DNA of 64,000 nucleotides from Candidatus Latescibacterota bacterium (GTDB taxonomy: Bacteria > Latescibacterota > UBA2968 > UBA8231), in the NCBI GenBank assembly GCA_965203175.1, contig OZ241867.1:5664001-5728000 (forward strand), read 5' to 3'. Shown here piece by piece: positions 29,992 to 37,638 of the stretch; position 1 is the first letter of the stretch; every line of letters starts with the position of its first letter. The notes under the pieces are model-generated. The model was not told where the DNA came from. It ran no database searches and saw nothing but the letters and a program-made list of their open reading frames with translations. The position numbers and the translations under genes were made by a program.

Positions 29992-32772
29992 TCACTCCAG
30001 ACCAGCGAATACCGTGATAAAGGTCGTGGTTTCATTCTTGCCCTTGTCGTCGGTTGTGAAAACGCCCGGCCGGTCGCTATCCTCAATCACCCGTTCGCTC
30101 AGGATACGGCCAAAGCGCAGGCCCGCTTGCGTGGTCAGCCGGTACCCCTGGTAATCGGAAGTCGTCGACAGTTGCACCGCGATGTGGGTCGAGCGCCAAT
30201 CCCCTGTCTCCTGCAAAAGCCCCACCGCCCGCAGCTCATTCTCGTCCTGCACCCGGTCGCTAAACCACAACTGCTCCACGCCGGATTCTATAACCGTGCG
30301 CCGCATGACCGGCAAGCGGGCTATCAACTGCACGGTCAGCGCCCATTCCTCGCGCCGCTCCTCGTCGACGACAAAGGGCGTCTGCCGCAAAAACTCGCTC
30401 TTGCACCTCGGCTGCAAGTCAAAGCGGCCGAGGCCGTAGCTGTAATCCACCTTGTTGATCAGCCCTAGGAAACTCGCGGTACTTTCTAGCGGTCGCCCAA
30501 TGCTGTCTCGCGGGTCCTCGGCGTTCTGCTGGAAATGCTCCCACTTGAGCTTGTTGACCACGTTCAACCCTTCGATGCCCTGATAATCGAATTGCGCGTA
30601 CGCAGTGTTGACCCAAGTGTCCTGCGCCGCCAAGATGTCGCGCACCACCGGCTGAATCGGCGCACCGACGAAGGGTGTCGGTTCGCGCCGGGCGTCGGGA
30701 ATAGTGTCCTTGGCCTGCTTGAGCATGTTGAAGACCCGCAGGTTCCCCAAGTTCGCGTAGTCCCGATCCAGCGTGAACATCGCGTAATTGGTCTCGTTAA
30801 AGGCGTCGGTCGCTTGGGACTCCTCGTCCGTGCGCCCAATGGTCAGCCGCATATCCGGCGCGAGGTGGATGCCGCCGAAGAGATTGTACCCCTGCCGATC
30901 CGGCTTGTACGGATAATCGGGCAGATCGTCGTCTTCGAAGCGGTCGATCCAATTGTTGTTATTCAAATCAATGCCAAAGAGAAATTCCGGCCGATCGACG
31001 TTGTAGCGCAGAAACGGCTCGTCGTAGTCTGGAATGATATTGGCCGCGGTAGCGTTGTCGTTTTGATTGAAGTCAGAGATGAAGTCGTTGTTCTGGTCCC
31101 AGCCGGGAAAAATCGCCCGGTCGTTGGTCGAGCCAAAGCGAATCCAATCGGGGAAGCGGTCTTGGTCGTCGTTGTCTTCGACGAACTCGTACAAATGCCG
31201 CTGGGTATTGTCGTATTGCACCTCGCCCGTAGCACTGACCAAGAAGGCCGTCGTCGAATAGGCTTCGTCAATGGCGTAGGCTTCGCCGTAGAGGAAGTAG
31301 GGAAACACATTGCGCGAGACATTGAAGTACCAGGCGTCGGACCCCTCGAAGGAAACCGCGTGCTCTTCGCCCTCGTTGAACAGCGCGGCATTGGGAAACT
31401 GGAAATAGCGCTTGTTGCGGTCCCACTCGCCGTAGAAATCAAAGCCGAGGACCCCAGTGCCCTCAATAGTGAAGCCGCCGACTAGATTGGCCGTCGGCAG
31501 GCCGTAGGAAAACTCGATCCGCTGCAAGTTCGTGATGTCCGCGACATTGCCCTCGGCCCGCCGCACCGCAATCAACGCCGGTTGCGCAGCGTCAATCACC
31601 TCGGCAGTCAATGGCGGAGGCGGCACGGCGCGCAAGCCCGTCTGGCGGTCGGACCACATCTCGACCTTAAAGTCGTTGGCCAGCACGTAATTGAAGTCCA
31701 CCGCGACAATCGTCGTCGGGTCTGGACCGACATAACCCGGATCGTTGAAGTCGTAGTTGACGATGATCCGCTCTGGGCCATCCGCAGCCAAAAAGCCCGG
31801 ACGCCGGAACCCGCCGAAGATGACCGGCCACTGCGAGCCGGGCCGCACCACCTCCTGCAAGGTGGAAACCGTCTCCTTGCCGGTGTCGAAGTCGCGGCTG
31901 GTGATCCGTACGTCGTGGCTAAACAGGGCCGCGCCCCCTTCGTTATCTTCGGGCGAGTCGTCGCTCAGGATCACCGCAATCGCCGTCAGCGGTGCCGTGC
32001 TCTGCCCAGCAGTGAGGCTGCCAGCAACCAAATCGCCGGTGAACATGTCGAGCAGTGTATTGCCATTGCTGGCGTCCATCACTTGGGCACCGACCTCGAC
32101 GAAATCACCTACCTGGAACGTCGCTCGCCCACCAAATAACGAGGTGATATTAGTCTGCGTCACCGGCTCGGTAATCCCGCCCGAAAGCTGGGTGGAGCCG
32201 CGGATCGGCTCGCTGATGCGCGAGGCGAGGATCGTCGCCTGATACTTGTCCGAGGCAAAATCCACCTGCACCCCGTTGAAGTCCGGCTTGGAAAACGTCA
32301 TCGGCGTCAGCGTCGTGCGAATCCGGTCGCCAACCGTAATCGCGTAGTTGTACTGACCCTGCGAATCGCCGCTGATGGTCACCGCGTTGAACCAGCGATT
32401 GAAGCGCGTGCTCTGGAAGATGCCGCTGCCCAAGGGCTGCGGCTGGAACTGACGCCAGTCGTAGATCAGCCAACCGCGCGTAGTAAAATTGCCATACACA
32501 TCGTAGAAGTAGTCGCCCTCGCGGGTAGTGTTGACGTAGCGCTCATACGGAGTGCGGGCGTAGTTGGAGTACTCCCATTGACGCCAGCCGTAGTCCACGA
32601 AGAGTTCCTGCGGCACGTACCACTTTTTGACCGCCGGATCGAGTGCACCAAAGAGCACGCCCGGGCCAGTCGGCTCAAAGCTGACGCCCCCGCCGCGCTG
32701 GACGTTGGTCTGGCCTCGGGCCGAAACGCCCACTATCAGCACCAGTCCCAAGATGACGAAGTATTTCTTCAT
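29992..32772 (-). CDS. Large exported protein 'B1', paralog of 25512-28391
   Basis: MKKYFVILGLVLIVGVSARG signal; GALDP..WY.PQEL, RGWL.YDWRQ, TLTPMTF, LSDDSP, YGLPTA, FVEDNDDQDR, DRPEFLFGIDLNNN shared with B2; ends TFITVFAGLE; alternative start 32781. Confidence 0.6.
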   Translation of the reverse strand: MKKYFVILGLVLIVGVSARGQTNVQRGGGVSFEPTGPGVLFGALDPAVKKWYVPQELFVDYGWRQWEYSNYARTPYERYVNTTREGDYFYDVYGNFTTRGWLIYDWRQFQPQPLGSGIFQSTRFNRWFNAVTISGDSQGQYNYAITVGDRIRTTLTPMTFSKPDFNGVQVDFASDKYQATILASRISEPIRGSTQLSGGITEPVTQTNITSLFGGRATFQVGDFVEVGAQVMDASNGNTLLDMFTGDLVAGSLTAGQSTAPLTAIAVILSDDSPEDNEGGAALFSHDVRITSRDFDTGKETVSTLQEVVRPGSQWPVIFGGFRRPGFLAADGPERIIVNYDFNDPGYVGPDPTTIVAVDFNYVLANDFKVEMWSDRQTGLRAVPPPPLTAEVIDAAQPALIAVRRAEGNVADITNLQRIEFSYGLPTANLVGGFTIEGTGVLGFDFYGEWDRNKRYFQFPNAALFNEGEEHAVSFEGSDAWYFNVSRNVFPYFLYGEAYAIDEAYSTTAFLVSATGEVQYDNTQRHLYEFVEDNDDQDRFPDWIRFGSTNDRAIFPGWDQNNDFISDFNQNDNATAANIIPDYDEPFLRYNVDRPEFLFGIDLNNNNWIDRFEDDDLPDYPYKPDRQGYNLFGGIHLAPDMRLTIGRTDEESQATDAFNETNYAMFTLDRDYANLGNLRVFNMLKQAKDTIPDARREPTPFVGAPIQPVVRDILAAQDTWVNTAYAQFDYQGIEGLNVVNKLKWEHFQQNAEDPRDSIGRPLESTASFLGLINKVDYSYGLGRFDLQPRCKSEFLRQTPFVVDEERREEWALTVQLIARLPVMRRTVIESGVEQLWFSDRVQDENELRAVGLLQETGDWRSTHIAVQLSTTSDYQGYRLTTQAGLRFGRILSERVIEDSDRPGVFTTDDKGKNETTTFITVFAGLE

Positions 32773-32788
32773 AGCACCCATTTTCCGT

Positions 32789-35050
32789 TCAATATGCCAC
32801 CACAACCGCGGCGACCGCTCTAGCTCGGCCCGTCTTGGCGTCCAACGCGACGCTGAACACGTAATTGCCCGGCGGCACCAACTGTCCCGCGTCGTCGCGT
32901 CCATCCCAAAGCCGGGCAAAGCGCCCACTCTGATCCAGCGCGTCGTACAAATGCCGCACCGGCCGACCGGCCAGATCGAAAATCGCAACCCGCAGCGGCG
33001 TGGGGCGGCCCACATTGGTCAGGTCGTATTGCAACTCGGCTTGGTCGTTGACATCGTCCCCATTGGGAGTAAAAACCGGCGGCTGAGCGCGCACGTTAAT
33101 CAGCAGTTCGCCGGAGATGGGTACTTGCACCGACAGATTGCCCTCAAAAGGCGTACCCAGCGCCTGCGTGTCCGGGTCGCCCTCCCCCAAATCGGCCGCA
33201 TTGCCAGCCACTACACTCTGCCCCAACTGACCCTCGGATGCGGTGTTAAACACCTGGCCGCTGAACGTGGTGCCGAAGCGCAGAACCGCGTTTGCAAAAC
33301 TCACCCGCAACTCCGTGTCGTCCTCGCCCACAATCGGGAACTCAATGGCAAAGGCATCGTCGGCTACCTCTACAACCGCAAAGTCGCCGCGCACCACTGG
33401 CAACTCGTCGAGCATCGCGCCGCTGAAATCAGCTTCCAACACATCGCCCTCGGGTGGGTGTATCCGCACCGCTCCGACCCGTTCCACCCGGAGCGGAGTG
33501 GCGATCCGCAAGCGGTTAAAACCCCGATCCTGACCAGTGCGAAACTTGCTCCGCACCGCGTAGGTGAAGTCCGTCTTCTCGCCCAAGGCTGCGCTGCGGG
33601 GGCCGATCTCGGCGATCAATTCCTCGGCAAAGGGCGATGGCAGCACGTCAAAGGAAAGCCCTCCAACGCCCGTGGCCGCCTCGAAGTCGTCGCTGAAGAA
33701 CTCGATCATAAACTGGAAATAGCGCCTCGGGCTTGGCGAGACGATGGGCCCACCCGCGCCCTCGGTGCCCAAGGTCTCCGGAAGGACGATACTACTCGGG
33801 GAATAGGGCGGTGACCACGCGCTCCAGTTGCTCACGTCGTTGCGGATCGTCGCCCGGTCGCCGCGTGGAAGTTTCTTGTAGTCGGCCTCGCTCAACGTCA
33901 CCTGCTCCCGCTCCTCCTGCGACAGCGTATTAAACGCCTGTACCGCGTCGCGCAAATCTACTTCCTCGTTGTCGAGGACCTCCGCAACTAGCGCCTGCAG
34001 GCCCTCGTCTTCGATATCTTTGGCGAATTTCCACGGCACCCCCACTTCTCCCGTGCCTAAGCCGCTGCTGATCCCAGCGCCACTGCCCCCAGCCCCACCG
34101 GACTGCAACCCAACATTGCCCCCACCGACGCGGAAGATCTTCTCGCCAGGCCGCACCTTGTTGAATTCCACCGGCTCGGGATCAATACCTGTGCGCGTGC
34201 GCACCGCAATCCGCGAGAGCTGCGGATCGCCGACTTGCTCCTGCACCCAGCGCACATTGCCCAACAGCGCCAGATCGCCAAAGTCAAAGATATTGGAGAT
34301 ATAGACGGCCTCGGGCACAAAGCCCGTGCCAAAGACCTGGAACTCGGCAATGTCAAAACCCAGCGCCGTCAGGGACTTGAGCCGCACGAAGCGCACGTAT
34401 TGCGGCGGGATGCGGATATCGACGACCGCCTCTTCGTTTTGACCCTCTAGCGCCACACTCGTGCGGATGGGCACCCCCTCGCGCTGAGTGTCCGGCGTAC
34501 CGTCGTTGATGAAGATCTCAAAGCTGCGCATGAAATCGTTTTGGAAGGGGAAATTCGGCGCGGGGAATTCGGGCGCGGCGTTGCGCGGAAAGAAGCGGAA
34601 GCGATTGACGCCAAAGCGCGCGCCCAAGTCCAAGTCGATGATCAGCCCCAAAACCTGGGCACTTTTGGCCCCGGCACTCAAGCGCAGATCGAGTCCACTC
34701 TGGCCGTCGTTGTCGATGAGCTTGGCCAGTTCGCCGCGAACGTTGAGGTTGTTGGGCGAAGTGATCGAACCGCCGCGCGACTCGGTGTTGGCCCCGAGGG
34801 CGATGTTTAGCGTGGTATCGGCGCGCTGGGGAAAAATCCAGTCCGCAAAATTAGCGGCTGCAAAGTCGATAACGCCGCCGGGCGCGTTGGTGTTCTCAAC
34901 GCTTTGGGCACTGCGAATGACCTTGGCTTGGATCTCGCCGCCACCATCGCGCCAACTCAGTCCGCTCGCACCGACGACGATGGTGTCGGCAGCAGCGGGC
35001 AGGACGCTCAAGGCGGCGATGAAGACGGCGCAAAGAAGGGGATATTGCAT
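32789..35050 (-). CDS. Secreted protein 'A1', paralog with C-terminal FTPNGD/FlgD-Ig domain
   Basis: Signal peptide; LIDND..DLDLG..RFVRL..IAEFQVFGTGFVP; RTRTG; WSAWS; SPSPRRYFQ; FTPNGDDVND..IFDLAGR..WDGRD..PPGNY..VAY. Confidence 0.75.
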   Translation of the reverse strand: MQYPLLCAVFIAALSVLPAAADTIVVGASGLSWRDGGGEIQAKVIRSAQSVENTNAPGGVIDFAAANFADWIFPQRADTTLNIALGANTESRGGSITSPNNLNVRGELAKLIDNDGQSGLDLRLSAGAKSAQVLGLIIDLDLGARFGVNRFRFFPRNAAPEFPAPNFPFQNDFMRSFEIFINDGTPDTQREGVPIRTSVALEGQNEEAVVDIRIPPQYVRFVRLKSLTALGFDIAEFQVFGTGFVPEAVYISNIFDFGDLALLGNVRWVQEQVGDPQLSRIAVRTRTGIDPEPVEFNKVRPGEKIFRVGGGNVGLQSGGAGGSGAGISSGLGTGEVGVPWKFAKDIEDEGLQALVAEVLDNEEVDLRDAVQAFNTLSQEEREQVTLSEADYKKLPRGDRATIRNDVSNWSAWSPPYSPSSIVLPETLGTEGAGGPIVSPSPRRYFQFMIEFFSDDFEAATGVGGLSFDVLPSPFAEELIAEIGPRSAALGEKTDFTYAVRSKFRTGQDRGFNRLRIATPLRVERVGAVRIHPPEGDVLEADFSGAMLDELPVVRGDFAVVEVADDAFAIEFPIVGEDDTELRVSFANAVLRFGTTFSGQVFNTASEGQLGQSVVAGNAADLGEGDPDTQALGTPFEGNLSVQVPISGELLINVRAQPPVFTPNGDDVNDQAELQYDLTNVGRPTPLRVAIFDLAGRPVRHLYDALDQSGRFARLWDGRDDAGQLVPPGNYVFSVALDAKTGRARAVAAVVVAY

Positions 35051-35056
35051 GGCTGT

Positions 35057-35085
35057 TTGTTACGCTTTTCCGCCGGACTTGTCAA
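35057..35085 (-). promoter_or_regulatory. Putative sigma70 promoter of the six-gene operon (leaderless)
   Basis: TTGACA (35085-35080) - 17 nt - TAACAA (35062-35057) - 6 nt - ATG (35050); no SD; the -10 match is weak. Confidence 0.45.
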
Positions 35086-35352
35086 GAATCCGCCGCGCAG
35101 ACGGCAGGGCAGGCCAGCCAGCGAACTGCCAAAAAGTTGAAGGCCGATCTCGGCCGGGCTTCGTACTCCCCCAAACAGCGAAAGGAACCTAAGCAACCCA
35201 TTGATGGATACCATTCGACACAGCTTGCGCCGACTACGCACCGCCCTATCAGACTGTCCGCTCTGGCATGGATATTGCAGGACACGCACCGGAAGCCGCC
35301 TGTTGGTGGTTTTTAGTCCTTCATTTATATTCCCCCACTGAGGAATCCAGCC

Positions 35353-35685
35353 ATGAGCGAAAGCACCGACCCCCAAACTCGTGCGGTCCCTACCCCTGAA
35401 GAAATGCCTTGGAGCATTAGCTATTTGCGCGACGATATTAAAGATCTGCGCACCCAAGTAGGTGCCATACATGGGCGCATCGACGAAACCAACAAGCGCA
35501 TCGATGAGACCAACCGCTCATTGGGCAAACGCATCGACGAAACCAACAAGCGCATCGACGAGACCAACCGCTCATTGGGTGAACAAATTCGCGCACTCCA
35601 TAAGCGCATGGACACCTATTTCCTTTGGATGATGGGCACGTTGGTGGCCATCACCAGCGTCCTCATCGCCGTCATCAAGCTCTGA
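35353..35685 (+). CDS. Small coiled-coil protein with C-terminal membrane anchor (DUF1640/CCDC90-like architecture)
   Basis: 110 aa; RIDETN repeats; C-terminal hydrophobic FLWMMGTLVAITSVLIAVIKL; GAGGA SD. Confidence 0.7.
   Translation: MSESTDPQTRAVPTPEEMPWSISYLRDDIKDLRTQVGAIHGRIDETNKRIDETNRSLGKRIDETNKRIDETNRSLGEQIRALHKRMDTYFLWMMGTLVAITSVLIAVIKL
35476..35580 (+). repeat. In-frame 54-nt tandem duplication containing shorter RIDETN sub-repeats
   Basis: cgcatcgacgaaaccaacaagcgcatcga(t/c)gagaccaaccgctcattggg occurs twice, starting at 35476 and 35530. Confidence 0.9.
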
Positions 35686-35860
35686 CCCGCCACCCATCGG
35701 CCGGCCCCTCGAACGCGGTCGAGCTTACCAGTCGTCAACCATGCGACCGGCCTCGTCGAGGGATCGCATGATCGGCAACAGTACTATCGCGACGATGGCC
35801 GCACCGTAGCGTTCCAGTTGGCGCGGCCTATCCCTTCGATGCGTCCCAATTATAGCCCGT

Positions 35861-37399
35861 ATGCTACCAAAACTCTCATTTGCTACCTTGCTCTTCTTGA
35901 GCACCGCCTTGAGCGCCCAGACGCCCGCGGCCGATACCACCATCGCCGGCCAAACCCTGCCCCTACTCCCCATTGAGACTCTGATCGCCCAATTACAACG
36001 CCCAGCCAACGGCCCAGCCGTCATCCATCGGCAGGTTGCCTTCCGCGGACGCCTGTTTGCGCCAACTTCAGGACTCGACACCCTGCGCGTCCCCCTCGAC
36101 TTGGAGGAAGTGTACTTTCTCGACGAGGTGTCCTTCAGCCAAGTAGTGTTCCTCACCCCAGTGCGCTTTGAACGCGCTCACTTTGCCGGTGGCCTCTCCT
36201 TTGCCGAAGCGAGCTTTACCGACGACTTCTCCCTGCGCGCAAGCCATCTGGCCAAACACGCGACCTTCCAAAAGACCCACTTCCTCGGCGATGCCAACCT
36301 AACCGCAAGCCGCTTCGCTGGAGTCGCCTCATTCGTTGGCGCGCGCTTCGCTAGCCAGCGCGCCCACTTCGCCCAGACCCAATTCGACAACGCCGCCTAT
36401 TTCGAGCAGGCCGCCTTTGCCGCGCCAGCCACCTTCACCGACGCCGCCTTCGCCGGAATCGCCTCTTTCAAAGAGACCACTTGGGCGCAGCCCATATCTT
36501 TCGCTGGAGTCCGCTTCGCCGACCGAGCGCTGTTTTGGGATGCGCGCTTCGCCGAGGAAGTGTCCTTCGACAGCGGACGTGCCGACGGGGAAGTCGCCTT
36601 CGACCGAGCGCGTTTCAGCGGCGAGGCGTCCTTTGCCGACTTCACCTTTGCGCGGGCGGCGCGCTTCCGCAGTGCGACCTTTGACCAAGTCCACTTTGAC
36701 GGAGCGTATTTCCGCCAAGAAGCCGACTTCAGCGAGAGCGAGGGCCGCGTCATCCGCCTCAGTGCATTCTTCAACCGCTCCCTCGACCTGAGCCGCGCCG
36801 CCTTCGCCTTGATTGATCTGCGAACAGCCGGAGCGGATTCGACCTTTGCCACTAACAGTCACCTCTACTTGCACCAGCCGCGCTTCGGCCGCATCCAAGT
36901 GCGCTGGCTCCAGCTAGCAGGCCATCTCGCCGCAGCCGACTCAACCCACACCGCCCTCGACCCAACCTACGCCGCCCTGTACCACCAATTCCTAGCCCAA
37001 GGCTTGAACAGCGACGCCGCGTCCTGCCGCGCCGAACGCATGGACCACCAGCGCCTCGCACGCGCATGGAACGAGCCAGCGCGCTGGGGCCTAGAACTGT
37101 GGCGACTAAGTTCGGATTACGGCACGGCCCCCCAGCGAATAATCGCCTTCATGCTCGCCATTATCCTCCTCTGTGGCTTGGCGTACCGCACAGCTTCCGG
37201 CTCCATGCGCTCCGCCTCCAGCGCAAACCAACCCACCCTCGCCGACTGCATCGCCTTCAGCCTCTACACCTTCATCCACGTCAACTCCCGCGCTTGGGAT
37301 GCGACGGGCAAGCTCAAGCTCCTCGTTGTCGCAGAGGCCCTGCTAGGCTGGGTCTCCTTCGGCCTGCTAATCGCCGCAGCTTTGGCCCACGTGCTGTGA
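35861..37399 (+). CDS. Pentapeptide-repeat protein with signal peptide and C-terminal two-TM channel-like domain
   Basis: Many AxFxx/ASF..A.F repeats; C-terminal SDYG..P.R, TM, DCIAFSLYTF, TM AEALLGWV.FGLLIA. Confidence 0.75.
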   Translation: MLPKLSFATLLFLSTALSAQTPAADTTIAGQTLPLLPIETLIAQLQRPANGPAVIHRQVAFRGRLFAPTSGLDTLRVPLDLEEVYFLDEVSFSQVVFLTPVRFERAHFAGGLSFAEASFTDDFSLRASHLAKHATFQKTHFLGDANLTASRFAGVASFVGARFASQRAHFAQTQFDNAAYFEQAAFAAPATFTDAAFAGIASFKETTWAQPISFAGVRFADRALFWDARFAEEVSFDSGRADGEVAFDRARFSGEASFADFTFARAARFRSATFDQVHFDGAYFRQEADFSESEGRVIRLSAFFNRSLDLSRAAFALIDLRTAGADSTFATNSHLYLHQPRFGRIQVRWLQLAGHLAAADSTHTALDPTYAALYHQFLAQGLNSDAASCRAERMDHQRLARAWNEPARWGLELWRLSSDYGTAPQRIIAFMLAIILLCGLAYRTASGSMRSASSANQPTLADCIAFSLYTFIHVNSRAWDATGKLKLLVVAEALLGWVSFGLLIAAALAHVL

Positions 37400-37415
37400 T
37401 CTGGCCTCTGCCACC

Positions 37416-37607
37416 TTATTGCTGGCGGTCCGCTACTAGCACCCCGCCTCTTGCCCAATTCTCGCGCTCGCATTCTTCGAGCACTACCGTCGTCCCCTCC
37501 CGGGGCGCATCGCAGGTATCCACTATGGCTTGGGTCAGCGCTTCGACTAAGGCCCGCTTCTGCTCGGTGGAACGCCCTGCAAGCATCTTCACGTTGATAA
37601 ACGGCAT
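37416..37607 (-). CDS. 4-oxalocrotonate tautomerase family protein
   Basis: 63 aa, catalytic Pro-1 (MPFINVK), GRSTEQKR.L, ENW..GG. Confidence 0.9.
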   Translation of the reverse strand: MPFINVKMLAGRSTEQKRALVEALTQAIVDTCDAPREGTTVVLEECERENWARGGVLVADRQQ

Positions 37608-37638
37608 TGTCCGTTCTCCCGTTTAGTGGTTAGTAGAC

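Noticed and set aside
25512-32772. B proteins as TonB-dependent receptors or SusC/SusD pairs
   Set aside because: No TonB box or plug motifs recognisable and no terminal Phe; the A proteins lack lipoboxes and SusD features. Not excluded without structure prediction
35476-35580. Short direct repeats as a possible CRISPR array
   Set aside because: Repeats are contiguous, in-frame and coding, with no unique spacers and no cas genes
35725-36156. 143-aa minus-strand ORF
   Set aside because: Mostly antisense to the pentapeptide gene; the short non-overlapping tail has no supportable identity
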